The notes under the pieces were generated by a model. The model saw nothing but the letters and a program-made list of their open reading frames with translations, did not search any database and was not told the origin of the DNA. From positions 5,354-69,353 of the forward strand of contig CACLPI010000001.1 of NCBI GenBank assembly GCA_902608795.1: DNA of 64,000 nucleotides, written 5' to 3'. Positions 26,242-36,264 of the stretch are shown here, piece after piece. The stretch is from an uncultured Bacteroidota bacterium (GTDB lineage: Bacteria; Bacteroidota; Bacteroidia; Flavobacteriales; Flavobacteriaceae). The translations under genes and the position numbers were made by a program. Numbering within the stretch: position 1 is the first letter of the stretch; the number at the start of each line of letters is the position of its first letter.

Positions 26242-27191
26242 ATAATAAAAAGATAAAAATTTTATTTATGGGTACAGCCGAGTTTGGAATACCGACCCTC
26301 AAAGTTTTGAATGATAATTTTAATCTCGATGCAATTATTACAAATTACGATAAGCCGTCTGGCAGGGGATTAAAAATTAAATTCTCACCAGTAAAAAAGT
26401 TTGCAATAAGTAATAATATAAAATATTTTCAGCCAAGAAATCTAAAAGACCAAAGTTTAACAGATAAAATAAAATCGATGAATCCAGACTTTATTATTGT
26501 AGTAGCGTTTAGAATGATACCCAAAAGTATTTGGCAGATACCAAAATATGGGACAATTAACCTTCACGCATCTTTGTTGCCAAACTATCGAGGTTCTGCA
26601 CCAATAAATTGGGCAATTATTAATAATGAAGATTTTACAGGCGTAACAACATTTTTTATCGATGATAAAATTGATACTGGGGATATATTATTACAGAAAA
26701 AAATAAAGCTTAATAAGGAAATTAATGCTGGTGAGTTACATGATAAATTAAAAGAAATTGGTGCTGACACTGTTAAAAAAACTATTAAGGAAATTTTGAA
26801 TAATAGTTTAATAAAAAAGAAGCAAGATCATGATGGAAATTACAAGACAGCTCATAAACTAGATAAGGAAAATATTAAAATTGACTGGAATCAAAACTGC
26901 CTTGAAATCCATAATAAAATCAGGGGGTTGTCACCTTTTCCTGGTGCAAGAGCATCGTTGATTAACAATGGCGAAGATATCAAAAGAGTTGTATTCTACA
27001 AATCTGAATACATTTTTGAAGATCATGATTTTGAAAACGGACAAATAATTAAAGAAAAAGATTTAATAAAAATCACATGTAATGATGGTTTTATTCTGAT
27101 TAAAAATTTAAAAATAGAAGGGAAAAAAAGAATGAATATATCTTCATTTCTAAACGGATTTAATATAAAAAATTATAAAATAGCTAAATGA
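26238..27191 (+). CDS. fmt: Methionyl-tRNA formyltransferase
   Basis: FMGT.EF..P.L, NLHASLLPNYRGSAPINWAI and the C-terminal Fmt domain. Confidence 0.9.
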   Translation: MNNKKIKILFMGTAEFGIPTLKVLNDNFNLDAIITNYDKPSGRGLKIKFSPVKKFAISNNIKYFQPRNLKDQSLTDKIKSMNPDFIIVVAFRMIPKSIWQIPKYGTINLHASLLPNYRGSAPINWAIINNEDFTGVTTFFIDDKIDTGDILLQKKIKLNKEINAGELHDKLKEIGADTVKKTIKEILNNSLIKKKQDHDGNYKTAHKLDKENIKIDWNQNCLEIHNKIRGLSPFPGARASLINNGEDIKRVVFYKSEYIFEDHDFENGQIIKEKDLIKITCNDGFILIKNLKIEGKKRMNISSFLNGFNIKNYKIAK

Positions 27192-27736
27192 TTGATAAGG
27201 GAGATTTACTTATTTCTACACCTGAAAGTTTAAGTGATTATTATTTTAATAGATCAATAATTATGATTACTGAAGTGACTGATGAGGATGTTGTTGGCTT
27301 TATCATTAATAAAGAATTAGATTACGAGCTCAGCGATTTAGATGATAAAGTTCTAGAGAAAGGTATAAAAATTTTTAGTGGAGGACCCGTAAATCAAGAT
27401 AATCTTTATTTTATACATAAGCACCCTGATTTAAATGATAATAGCATAAATTTTTTTAAAGATTTACACTGGGGAGGTGATTTTAAAAAAATCATTCAAA
27501 TGATAAATAATATGAAAATTGATAATTCATCAATAAAGTTCTTTTCAGGTTATTCTGGTTGGACTTACAATCAGCTGATAGATGAGATAAATAATGGTTC
27601 ATGGGTGGTGCTAAAAAATAAAACCAATTACCTATTTAAAAAGAATATTAAAAAAATGTGGGGGGAAAACATGAAAGAGATGGGTGAAAAATTTAAAATC
27701 TGGTCAAATGCTCCAGAAAATCTACAGGATAATTAG
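27188..27736 (+). CDS. YqgE/AlgH family protein (UPF0301)
   Basis: GDLLISTP...YFNRSIIMI.E....G..GFIINK and SGGPV motifs. Confidence 0.8.
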   Translation: MIDKGDLLISTPESLSDYYFNRSIIMITEVTDEDVVGFIINKELDYELSDLDDKVLEKGIKIFSGGPVNQDNLYFIHKHPDLNDNSINFFKDLHWGGDFKKIIQMINNMKIDNSSIKFFSGYSGWTYNQLIDEINNGSWVVLKNKTNYLFKKNIKKMWGENMKEMGEKFKIWSNAPENLQDN

Positions 27737-28122
27737 GTAGAACCTAAAACTTTCTTTAAATCAGAAATTTGATTAGTCCATAATAATTTCGACTCTTCAA
27801 CTTCATCTTCATCATCAGCAAAATCAGTAACGATCAAAGAAACATCTTTAGTAATTTCATCAAACTGAATTCTTAAATCAAAATAGAAATCGGTATCCTC
27901 GTCATTTAGCCATTGAAATTGAATTTTTTCATTATTTATCTTTCTGATTAATTTTGCACTTTCTTCAGAGTCATTCCAAATAAAAATAAAAATTTCACCT
28001 CTTGAATTTACATTATCAGCAAACCACTCAGACAATCCTGAAGGAGTAGAAATGTATTGAAAAAGGAGTTTTTGTGAGACCTTTATAGGAAACTCCATTT
28101 CAAATTTAATTCTGTCAGTCAT
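27733..28122 (-). CDS. START-like domain protein
   Basis: 129 aa. The FEMEFPIKVSQKLLFQYISTPSGLSEWFADNV pattern matches flavobacterial START-like proteins. Confidence 0.65.
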   Translation of the reverse strand: MTDRIKFEMEFPIKVSQKLLFQYISTPSGLSEWFADNVNSRGEIFIFIWNDSEESAKLIRKINNEKIQFQWLNDEDTDFYFDLRIQFDEITKDVSLIVTDFADDEDEVEESKLLWTNQISDLKKVLGST

Positions 28123-28224
28123 AATAAATAATTAGGATTGTAATATATACATTTATTCTTTTTTAAAGCAAGATTTATATAAATAATTTCCTGGTCATAT
28201 GTTGAATCTAAAAAATTTAAATTT

Positions 28225-28232
28225 TATATTTG
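28225..28232 (+). promoter_or_regulatory. Putative -7 box (TATATTTG) for tRNA(CAT)
   Basis: Exact TAnnTTTG 15 nt upstream of the tRNA 5' end. A TTG at 28202-28204 gives a 20-nt spacer. Confidence 0.45.
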
Positions 28233-28246
28233 CTGCCTTTATAAAT

Positions 28247-28320
28247 GGCGAGATAGCTCAGTTGGTCAGAGCGTCGGATTCATAACCCGGAGGTCCCGAG
28301 TTCAAATCTCGGTCTCGCTA
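28247..28320 (+). tRNA. tRNA with CAT anticodon (elongator tRNA-Met most likely; lysidine tRNA-Ile2 not excluded)
   Basis: Cloverleaf with acceptor GGCGAGA/TCTCGCT (G1:U72 wobble), D arm GCTC/GAGC, anticodon loop TTCATAA and T arm CCGAG-TTCAAAT-CTCGG. It is not initiator-like at 1:72. CCA is not encoded. Confidence 0.85.
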
Positions 28321-29685
28321 CTAATTTCCACTAAGAATTTCTATTAAGTCCTCCCTATTGAGTATTTCTTGGATACCTGTTTTCATATTTTTTAAATTAA
28401 AACAGTTTTTTTCTTTTTCTTCATCTCCGTAAAATATCACATATGGAATATCATTGTTATTAGCATAATTTAACTGTTTCTTTAAAGGAATGGGGTCTGG
28501 ATAAAATTCTGCATTAACGTTATTTGATCTTAGAAAATTTGCTAACTCAATTAAATCATAAGAAAAGCTTAATCCAAAGTTTAATATCAAAATCTTCACT
28601 GAATTATAAGAAGTTGCCGGAAATAGCTTTAATTCATCCATCACTAAAAATAATCTATCTAATCCAAAGCTTATTCCAATACCACTCATATTTTTTAAAC
28701 CAAAAATCTCGGTCAAATTATCATAACGTCCTCCACCTGCAATTGATCCAAGACTTATTGTTTCTGGAGGAAGAACTTCAAAAATTACTCCAGTATAATA
28801 ATCAATACCCCTTGCAAGACCAATATCGAAAACCAGATTAGATTTAATTAATTTATTTTTCGAGAAATAGTTGAAAATATATTCAATATCAGAAATTGCT
28901 TCTAATCCAATCTCTGAAGACTTAAAATATAATTTGATTTCTTCTAAATTATCATTAAAGTTTTTTGAAAGCTCAATAATTTCAAATAATGAATCTATTA
29001 TTTTTTTGTCAAGTCCGTTATCTATCAAGTTATTCTTTACAACATTTAAATCACTTTTATCTAATTTGTCTAACTGATTAGTTAATATGCCAAATTTATC
29101 TGGACAATTATTTATTTCACAAATTGCAAGCAACAACTTCCTACTATTAATTTTTATTAAACAACCTTCTATATTTAAATCATTAAATACCGAATCAAAT
29201 AAAGAAATAAAGTCTATTTCTTGCATTATTGATTTAGAGCCTATCACATCAGCATCACATTGAAGAAATTCTCTGTACCTACCCTTTTGAGGACGATCCG
29301 CTCTCCATACATTTTGAATTTGATATCTTTTGAAGGGAATATTAATATTATTTTGATTCTGAACTACATATCTAGCGAATGGAACAGTTAAATCATAACG
29401 TAGTGCTTTATCAACAATTTTTGGAGCCAGATTTGAATACTTAAAATCTTTGCCATCAATACCCTTTAGAAAGTCACCTGATTTAAGTATTTTGAATATT
29501 AGTCTCTCTCCTTCCTGCCCATATTTACCCAATAGGGTCTCTGATCTTTCAAAACTTGGAGTCTCAATTGGATTAAATCCAAATTTTGAAAAATTATCTC
29601 TAATTATGTTAATTATATAGTTTCTTTTATATAAATCTTCAGAATTAAAGTCTCTAGTGCCTTTAGCTAAAATTGGCTTTTGCAT
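28321..29685 (-). CDS. hisS: Histidine--tRNA ligase
   Basis: 454 aa with class II aaRS motifs, including KGTRDF, FKRYQIQNVWRADRPQKGRYREFLQCD and GGGRYD. Confidence 0.95.
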   Translation of the reverse strand: MQKPILAKGTRDFNSEDLYKRNYIINIIRDNFSKFGFNPIETPSFERSETLLGKYGQEGERLIFKILKSGDFLKGIDGKDFKYSNLAPKIVDKALRYDLTVPFARYVVQNQNNINIPFKRYQIQNVWRADRPQKGRYREFLQCDADVIGSKSIMQEIDFISLFDSVFNDLNIEGCLIKINSRKLLLAICEINNCPDKFGILTNQLDKLDKSDLNVVKNNLIDNGLDKKIIDSLFEIIELSKNFNDNLEEIKLYFKSSEIGLEAISDIEYIFNYFSKNKLIKSNLVFDIGLARGIDYYTGVIFEVLPPETISLGSIAGGGRYDNLTEIFGLKNMSGIGISFGLDRLFLVMDELKLFPATSYNSVKILILNFGLSFSYDLIELANFLRSNNVNAEFYPDPIPLKKQLNYANNNDIPYVIFYGDEEKEKNCFNLKNMKTGIQEILNREDLIEILSGN

Positions 29686-29710
29686 ATCTTATTTAAATTT
29701 AAGTTAAATT

Positions 29711-29745
29711 AAAAAAAAAACACCTACGGAAGCAGGTGTTTTTTA
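29711..29745 (-). terminator. Rho-independent terminator after rplI (rpsF-rpsR-rplI operon)
   Basis: acacct (29720-29725) pairs with aggtgt (29734-29739). On the minus strand it is followed by T10 (plus-strand A10 29711-29720). It lies only about 25 nt upstream of the hisS start. Confidence 0.6.
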
Positions 29746-29764
29746 ACTAGAACATTATTATTGT

Positions 29765-30217
29765 CTATTTTTTTTCCGGAACTACTTCGAAAGGAAAATC
29801 AAATATTACCTCGCGATGTAATCTAATTTTAGCAGTATACTTTCCTACTTGCTTAATGTTATTTCCAGAAATCATGATAGCTTTTTTGTCTATATCAACT
29901 CCGCTTTCCGCAAGTTCTTTTTGAACATTAATATTATTAACAGAACCAAACAATTTAACACCCTCGCCTACCTTTGCCTTTACTTTAATTTCTAAGCTAT
30001 TTATTTTTTTTGCCAGCTTATTAGCGTCGTCAATTACTTTTTTATCCTTGACAACTTGTTGCTTGATATTTTCTGCTAATACTTTTTTCGCAGATGGTGT
30101 AGCCAGGATTGCGGATCCATTAGGAATTAAAAAATTTCTGCCAAAACCATTTTTAACAGTAACAATATCATCCTTGAACCCAACCCCTTCAACATCTTTT
30201 TTTAATATAATTTCCAT
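29765..30217 (-). CDS. rplI: 50S ribosomal protein L9
   Basis: MEIILKKDVEGVGFKDDIVTVKNGFGRNFLIP is the canonical L9 N-terminus. Confidence 0.95.
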   Translation of the reverse strand: MEIILKKDVEGVGFKDDIVTVKNGFGRNFLIPNGSAILATPSAKKVLAENIKQQVVKDKKVIDDANKLAKKINSLEIKVKAKVGEGVKLFGSVNNINVQKELAESGVDIDKKAIMISGNNIKQVGKYTAKIRLHREVIFDFPFEVVPEKK

Positions 30218-30228
30218 ACCGTAAATTT

Positions 30229-30525
30229 TTATTTAAGTAAATCAGCAACATATGGTAATAATGCTAAATGCCTAGCTCTTTTTACCGCAACAGAAACCTT
30301 TCTTTGATATTTCAATGAAGTACCTGTTATTCTTCTTGGTAATAATTTACCTTGCTCATTAATGAATTTTAATAAAAAATCTGAATCTTTATAATCCACA
30401 TATTTTATTCCATATTTTTTAAATCTACAATACTTTTTTGTTGTACTGTGATCAATATTAAGGGGTGTTAGATATCTAATTTCACCACCTTTTTTACCTG
30501 ACGCCTCTTCTTGAATACTTGCCAT
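30229..30525 (-). CDS. rpsR: 30S ribosomal protein S18
   Basis: YCRFKK..I.YVDYKD...L..FI.EQGK.LPRRITG...K.QR.V..A.KRAR.LALLPY. Confidence 0.95.
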   Translation of the reverse strand: MASIQEEASGKKGGEIRYLTPLNIDHSTTKKYCRFKKYGIKYVDYKDSDFLLKFINEQGKLLPRRITGTSLKYQRKVSVAVKRARHLALLPYVADLLK

Positions 30526-30527
30526 AA

Positions 30528-30869
30528 TTATGCTTCTTTAGTGTTAATCTTAATTCTTCTTTTTTCAGCCCATTCAACAGCGTGCTTATCAAGTTTTACA
30601 GTAAGGTATCTCATAAATCTTTCGTCTCTTCTAAATTCTAGTTCTAAATCAGAAATAATAGTAGGATCAACAGTATACTCAAAAAGATGATAAAAACCAC
30701 TTTTTTTGTTTTGAATTGGGTAAGCTAACTTCTTTAATCCCCAATCCTCTTTAGATACCATTTTTGCACCTTTCGATGTTAAAAATTTCTCATATTTAAG
30801 GACTGTTTCCTTTGTCTGTTCTTCAGACAAAACGGGATTAAGAATGAAAACAGTTTCGTAATGATTCAT
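30528..30869 (-). CDS. rpsF: 30S ribosomal protein S6
   Basis: [18 protein letters not shown] is the canonical S6 start. I chose ATG 30869 rather than the ORF-track start 30899. Confidence 0.9.
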   Translation of the reverse strand: MNHYETVFILNPVLSEEQTKETVLKYEKFLTSKGAKMVSKEDWGLKKLAYPIQNKKSGFYHLFEYTVDPTIISDLELEFRRDERFMRYLTVKLDKHAVEWAEKRRIKINTKEA

Positions 30870-30896
30870 TTTGTTATTTTTTAAATTTAATGCGTG

Positions 30897-30904
30897 CAAA
30901 AATA
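30897..30904 (-). promoter_or_regulatory. Putative -7 box (TATTTTTG) for rpsF-rpsR-rplI
   Basis: Exact TAnnTTTG on the minus strand, 28 nt upstream of the rpsF ATG. Confidence 0.4.
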
Positions 30905-31011
30905 GATAATTTTATAATGTTATGATAATTTTTGTTGTCAAATATTTTTTATTGTGTGAATTTAAGAAGATTCATCTTGCAAAATTTGACTATTTAATTG
31001 GTTTAGTTATT

Positions 31012-33453
31012 CTAATAAGGATCAACATCAACAATAATTTGAACAGATCTAAAATCTGCAACTGACTGAAAAGATAAAATTGACTTTTTTAATATGTTTT
31101 TTACCGCAGATAATGATTGATCGTTAGTGATTTTTATAAGTATATTTTTCTGATATTTATTTCTTAATCTTGAAATATAAGGAAACTCTGGACCCAATAG
31201 ATTTTCTTTGAAATAAGGATATATCTTCTTAAAAAACCAATTTGAGGAATTGTTAACCTTATTTAATTCTTTATGCTTTACAGTTATTTTTATGAGTTTG
31301 ACAAACGGAGGGTAGTTAAATTTTTCTCTGTCGTTAACTTGATCTTTATAAAACATTTCATAATCACCCGTAATAATTTGATTGACAGCAATATTTTTTG
31401 AATTATGTGTTTGAATTAATACCTCTCCACGCTCTTTAGATCTACCTGCTCTTCCAGAAACTTGTTGAATTAACTGAAAACTTCTCTCATATGATCTAAA
31501 ATCTGGAAAATTCATAGAACTATCTAAATTTAATACACCAACTAATTGTACATTTTTAAAATCTAGGCCTTTAGTTATCATTTGAGTTCCTACGAGGACA
31601 TCATATTCGTGATTATCAAATGAACTAATTATATTTTTGAATTTATTTTTAGCTCTAGTAGTGTCATAATCTAATCTTGCAACCCTCATTTTTGGGAAAA
31701 ACTCTTTTAAATCTAACTCAACCTGCTCAGTACCAAACCCCTTGGATAATAAATCATTACTATTACACTTAAAACAATTTCTATTTAATTTCTCATTATA
31801 ACCACAATAATGACATTTTAATAGTTTTTTAGAATAATGATAGGTTAGTGTAACATCGCAATTGATACACTTTGGAGAATAACCACATGAATTGCACTCT
31901 AAAACTGGAGAATAACCTCTCCTGTTTTGAAATAGGATAACCTGCTTCTTATTGTTAACAACATCCTTTATTCTTTTTAATAAGCTATCAGAAAAAAGAC
32001 CGTACATTTTTCCGTTTTTGACTTTATCAGACAAGTTGATTAATTCAATTTTAGGAAGGGGAATATTTCCAAATCTACTGTTCAACTCAACCAATGATAA
32101 TTTTTTAGATGTTTTGGAGTTGTAAAAGCTTTCTAATGAGGGTGTGGCTGAACCTAATATTACATTTGAATTATGAATATTTCCTAACATTAGTGCGGCA
32201 TCTCTAGCATGGTATCTTGGGGATGGTTCGTATTGTTTGTATGATTGCTCATGCTCCTCATCAACAATAATTAACTTGAGTTTATTATATGGAAGTAGGA
32301 CAGCTGATCTTGCGCCAATGATAACCTGAGGCTTCTTATTTCTAATTATTTCATTCCAAAGTTCAGCTCTTTGATTTATATTCAGTCCAGAGTGATAAAC
32401 CACCAAATTTTCAGCAAAATAAATCTTTAATCTTTCGACAAGTTGTGTAGTTAAAGCAATTTCTGGGACCAGAAATAAAATCTGGTTTTTTGAATTAAGT
32501 ATTTCGTTTATTAGACTTATATAAATTTCGGTTTTTCCGGATGATGTAATACCCTTAAAAAGAACATTTTTATTTTGGCTGAACTTTATTTTGATTTCAT
32601 CGAAGGCTGTTTTTTGAACATCCGTAAGCTTAAATTCTTTAAAATTAAAATCATGATCAATTATATTTCTTTTTACTTCAATATCATAATATTCAAATAT
32701 TTCTTTTTCAACCATCCTTTTAATAATTGACGAGTAACCAGAGTTTAATTTTTTAAACTCTGAAACCCTAATATTTTCAATCAATTGTTTTTTTAATCTA
32801 CTATAATGTTCAAAAAACTGAATTTGTCTTTTTGATTTTTTGATTATTGACATAACAGAATTAGTGTCAAAGTCTTTAATTAAACGAACACATTTTATGA
32901 ATTTTGGTTGATATTTTGAATATATTTTTTCGTCAACTATTATTAAATCCTTTTCGTTCATTTTATTTATGACAGAAAAAATATTTTTTCTATTTAGAAT
33001 TTCGGACACATTTTTTATCGATAATTGTTTATTAATATTTAATGCATCAAGAATTAAATACTCAGTATCATCTAAGCGGTTATTATCAACCGAATTTTGA
33101 TTATTTAGAGTAATTATTGTTTCACTCTGCAAAATTAAATTGCTAGGAATAGATGCTCTCATTACTTCACCAACTGATGTAAAGTAATACCTTGACACCC
33201 AGTCCCAAAACTTTAATTGATGAGTATTTACTATGGGAATGTCATCAATAATTTGAATTATTGATTTTAATTCAAAATCACTTTCAAAAAAATTATGAAT
33301 TTTTATACAAATTGAGGTATATAGTTTTGACCTTCCAAAGGGAACTATAATTCTCATTCCAGGTTTTAAAAATTCATACTCATCTTTACTTATCAAATAA
33401 GTGAAGTTTTGATTAACTGGAATCGGTAATATTACATCAACATAATAGCCCAT
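31012..33453 (-). CDS. priA: Primosomal protein N' (replication restart helicase PriA)
   Basis: 813 aa with Walker A GITSSGKTE, a DEEH box and the Cys-rich zinc-binding insertion CNSCGY..C.NC...L..H......C.YCG. Confidence 0.9.
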   Translation of the reverse strand: MGYYVDVILPIPVNQNFTYLISKDEYEFLKPGMRIIVPFGRSKLYTSICIKIHNFFESDFELKSIIQIIDDIPIVNTHQLKFWDWVSRYYFTSVGEVMRASIPSNLILQSETIITLNNQNSVDNNRLDDTEYLILDALNINKQLSIKNVSEILNRKNIFSVINKMNEKDLIIVDEKIYSKYQPKFIKCVRLIKDFDTNSVMSIIKKSKRQIQFFEHYSRLKKQLIENIRVSEFKKLNSGYSSIIKRMVEKEIFEYYDIEVKRNIIDHDFNFKEFKLTDVQKTAFDEIKIKFSQNKNVLFKGITSSGKTEIYISLINEILNSKNQILFLVPEIALTTQLVERLKIYFAENLVVYHSGLNINQRAELWNEIIRNKKPQVIIGARSAVLLPYNKLKLIIVDEEHEQSYKQYEPSPRYHARDAALMLGNIHNSNVILGSATPSLESFYNSKTSKKLSLVELNSRFGNIPLPKIELINLSDKVKNGKMYGLFSDSLLKRIKDVVNNKKQVILFQNRRGYSPVLECNSCGYSPKCINCDVTLTYHYSKKLLKCHYCGYNEKLNRNCFKCNSNDLLSKGFGTEQVELDLKEFFPKMRVARLDYDTTRAKNKFKNIISSFDNHEYDVLVGTQMITKGLDFKNVQLVGVLNLDSSMNFPDFRSYERSFQLIQQVSGRAGRSKERGEVLIQTHNSKNIAVNQIITGDYEMFYKDQVNDREKFNYPPFVKLIKITVKHKELNKVNNSSNWFFKKIYPYFKENLLGPEFPYISRLRNKYQKNILIKITNDQSLSAVKNILKKSILSFQSVADFRSVQIIVDVDPY

Positions 33454-33476
33454 TAAAATATTTAATTATAATATGA

Positions 33477-33484
33477 TATTTTTG
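33477..33484 (+). promoter_or_regulatory. Putative -7 box (TATTTTTG) for rlmH-rdgB
   Basis: Exact TAnnTTTG 39 nt upstream of ATG 33523. Confidence 0.35.
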
Positions 33485-33522
33485 AAAAGAGTTAAGCGAT
33501 AAATTTACTCATAAATTAGGTT

Positions 33523-33990
33523 ATGAATATTAAACTTATTTACATAAGTAAGAATAAAAGTAATAATATTGAATTATTAGTTGAAGATTATGAAAAAAAA
33601 ATAAATCATTTCATAAGTTACAGCTCAATTGGATTAAAAAATAAAAATCAAAAAACTGAAAAAAAATTAATTCGAAAATCTGAATCAGATCTTATTTTAA
33701 AAATCCTCAAAATAAATGATTTGGTAATTTTACTGGACGAACGGGGAAAAGAATTTTCGACTATGGATTTTTCTAAATTCATTTCTAATAAAATGATGAA
33801 CAGAACAAAAAATTTAGTTTTTATCATTGGTGGTGCCTATGGTTTTTCATCAGAATTAAAAGATAAGTTTAAATTAAAAATAGCATTATCAAAATTTACA
33901 TTTTCTCATGATATGGCAAGATTATTTTTCAGCGAACAACTTTATAGATCTTTAACGATCATTAACAATATTCCATATCATAACCAATGA
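33523..33990 (+). CDS. rlmH: 23S rRNA (pseudouridine1915-N3)-methyltransferase RlmH
   Basis: 155 aa SPOUT protein. LDERGKEFSTMDFSKFI, FIIGGAYGFS, LSKFTFSHDMARL..EQLYR. Confidence 0.9.
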   Translation: MNIKLIYISKNKSNNIELLVEDYEKKINHFISYSSIGLKNKNQKTEKKLIRKSESDLILKILKINDLVILLDERGKEFSTMDFSKFISNKMMNRTKNLVFIIGGAYGFSSELKDKFKLKIALSKFTFSHDMARLFFSEQLYRSLTIINNIPYHNQ

Positions 33991-34568
33991 ATAAATTAAT
34001 TTTTGCAACACATAATGTAAATAAGTTAAAAGAAGTTAGAGAACTGCTGTCAGATTCATTTGAAATTTTGGGTCTTGATGATATTGGATTTAACGAAGAT
34101 ATTATCGAGAATAAATCTACAATAATTGAAAATTCAATTAAAAAAGCTGAATTTGTTAAAATTAAAACTGGTTATAATTGTTTTGCAGATGATACTGGGC
34201 TTGAAGTTGATGCATTAAATGGCCAACCTGGGGTATTTTCTAAAAGATTCGCAGGACCAAACGCTAGTTCTGATGACAACATTGATAAATTATTAGAAAT
34301 GCTAGGAAATAATACAAGTAGGGCAGCTCGCTTTAAAACCGTAATATCATTGTCAAAAAAAGATGAAATCATAACATTTGAGGGTGTTTGTGAAGGAAAT
34401 ATTGGATATGAAAGAATGGGTGACTTTGGCTTTGGTTATGATCCAGTATTTATTCCAAAAAATCGAAATATATCCTTTGGGCAAATGAGCTTAAGTGAGA
34501 AAAATTTAATTGCTCATCGGGCAAAGGCAATAAATAAACTTGTTGATTATTTAACAAATCTTTATTAA
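33987..34568 (+). CDS. rdgB: Non-canonical purine NTP pyrophosphatase (RdgB/HAM1 family)
   Basis: LIFATHN.NKLKE, ADDTGLEVDALNG.PGV.S.RFAG, GFGYDPVFIP and the HRA motif. Confidence 0.9.
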   Translation: MNKLIFATHNVNKLKEVRELLSDSFEILGLDDIGFNEDIIENKSTIIENSIKKAEFVKIKTGYNCFADDTGLEVDALNGQPGVFSKRFAGPNASSDDNIDKLLEMLGNNTSRAARFKTVISLSKKDEIITFEGVCEGNIGYERMGDFGFGYDPVFIPKNRNISFGQMSLSEKNLIAHRAKAINKLVDYLTNLY

Positions 34569-34607
34569 TATTAAATAAAAATTGGCCTAATTAGTGCATA
34601 AATTTAA

Positions 34608-35387
34608 TTGATGAATAAAGTAATAGCATTTGTTTTCATTTTTTTTATTTCAACTTCATTTTTTGCTCAAGAGTTTACAGATGTCAGTGGAACAATTTTA
34701 AATTCTAAAACAAATCTTCCATTAGAAAATGTAAATATTGTCAACCTAAATAAAGTCATCGGTACTGCCACCAGTAAGGAAGGGAAATTTGAAATTAATG
34801 CACAAGTTGACGATACGTTACATTTTTCATATTTAGGATATAAATCCATCAAGGTCAGAGTCACGAATGACTGGATTAAATTTGGATCTAATACTACAAT
34901 CGAATTAACTGAGCTTGCATTAGCTCTTGAAGAAGTATTTGTTTACGAGATGAAACTAACAGGTTACTTAGAATTAGACATAAAGCAAGTTCCAATTAAT
35001 AATAATTTTAGATATAGTATTTCTGGTCTTTCTAATGTTGGCTATGAATCAAGTGTTAGACCCACAAAAGCTGTAACAAAAGCGCTAAATGCAATTTTTA
35101 ACCCAGTTGATTTTCTTTATCAAATTTTTGGCAGAGAACCCAATCAATTAAGAAAACTAAAAAAAATGAAAAGCGACGATCAAATCAGAAATGCCCTATC
35201 AAATAAATTTGACAGGGAAATGCTAATTGAATTATTAGATATTGATAAGATTGATCTTGACTTTTTAATCACTCAGTGTAATTATTCTGATGAGTTTATT
35301 TCAAAAGCTAATGATTTACAGGTTCTTGATGCAATAAGTGAATGTTATGAAGAATATAAAGTTCTAAATAAAACCATCAAAAACTAA
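34608..35387 (+). CDS. Carboxypeptidase-like regulatory domain (CarboxypepD_reg) protein, secreted
   Basis: Signal peptide followed by VSGTILNSKTNLPLENVNIVN...GTATSKEGKFEI..YLGYKS, typical of the CarboxypepD_reg-like fold. ATG 34611 directly follows TTG 34608. Confidence 0.65.
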   Translation: MMNKVIAFVFIFFISTSFFAQEFTDVSGTILNSKTNLPLENVNIVNLNKVIGTATSKEGKFEINAQVDDTLHFSYLGYKSIKVRVTNDWIKFGSNTTIELTELALALEEVFVYEMKLTGYLELDIKQVPINNNFRYSISGLSNVGYESSVRPTKAVTKALNAIFNPVDFLYQIFGREPNQLRKLKKMKSDDQIRNALSNKFDREMLIELLDIDKIDLDFLITQCNYSDEFISKANDLQVLDAISECYEEYKVLNKTIKN

Positions 35388-35407
35388 ATAAATATTTTCT
35401 GAAAAAT

Positions 35408-36220
35408 TTATTTAATCTTTTCATAGTAATTAGCCTGTACCAAATAAGAAAAAGGGATATACCATATCAGCCCAATAAATAAAGTAAAAGGGGTTAAAGC
35501 TAGCATGAGTAATAAAATTAGATTAAGAACAAAAAAGTTAAATTTATAACCCTTCATCATTTTCCAACTTTTTTGTACAGCATCCCAAGCATCAATCGAA
35601 GTGTCTTCTGCCATAATAAAAAAGGTCATAGCAAAAGGAATGTAAGCAATTATCCAGGGTAGAATAAAGGAAAAGCAAAAACTCAAAATACAAAAAAGGA
35701 CCAACATTATTGATTCGGCAGCTAGTCCAATAGAAAGCGACCTGAAGGGAGTCAATAGGGCTTCCCATTCCATAGTGCTAACAAACGCCTCATAAGATTG
35801 GGTATAAACAATAGAGATTATTAGTAAAAATATAGCAAAGTTTATTAATAAAAAAAATATCATTAAAATTATACCAACTACGGCTACAATCGGGATAATT
35901 ATAAAGTAAGCTAAAATATTATTACCAAGATTGTATTGAAATCCAAATAATAAATCTTCAAATTTTGGAAAATTATCATTGATGATTTTAACAGAATATA
36001 AACTTACACCTACAGAAAATGGTCCGGTAATAAGCAAACTCAAAAACCCCCCTATGCCGGGTATTGCTTGAACTAGTGCAATAATCAAATTAAATACAAA
36101 AAAAACAGCAATGGCTTGCAGCCAATGCCCTTTTATTAATACCAAAGACTCAGAAAAAAGGTCACTTAATTTAATCATTAACCTAATATATTTATCCGTA
36201 AAGGAAACAAAATTAACCAT
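35408..36220 (-). CDS. Polytopic membrane protein (DUF975-like)
   Basis: 270 aa with several hydrophobic segments. The WKMMKGYKFNFFVL region resembles DUF975. The assignment is tentative. Confidence 0.5.
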   Translation of the reverse strand: MVNFVSFTDKYIRLMIKLSDLFSESLVLIKGHWLQAIAVFFVFNLIIALVQAIPGIGGFLSLLITGPFSVGVSLYSVKIINDNFPKFEDLLFGFQYNLGNNILAYFIIIPIVAVVGIILMIFFLLINFAIFLLIISIVYTQSYEAFVSTMEWEALLTPFRSLSIGLAAESIMLVLFCILSFCFSFILPWIIAYIPFAMTFFIMAEDTSIDAWDAVQKSWKMMKGYKFNFFVLNLILLLMLALTPFTLFIGLIWYIPFSYLVQANYYEKIK

Positions 36221-36238
36221 AAAATGTAATTATTTGAT

Positions 36239-36246
36239 TAACTTTG
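36239..36246 (+). promoter_or_regulatory. Putative -7 box (TAACTTTG) for purB
   Basis: Exact TAnnTTTG 22 nt upstream of ATG 36268. Confidence 0.4.
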
Positions 36247-36264
36247 CAAATCTTTAACATTTGA

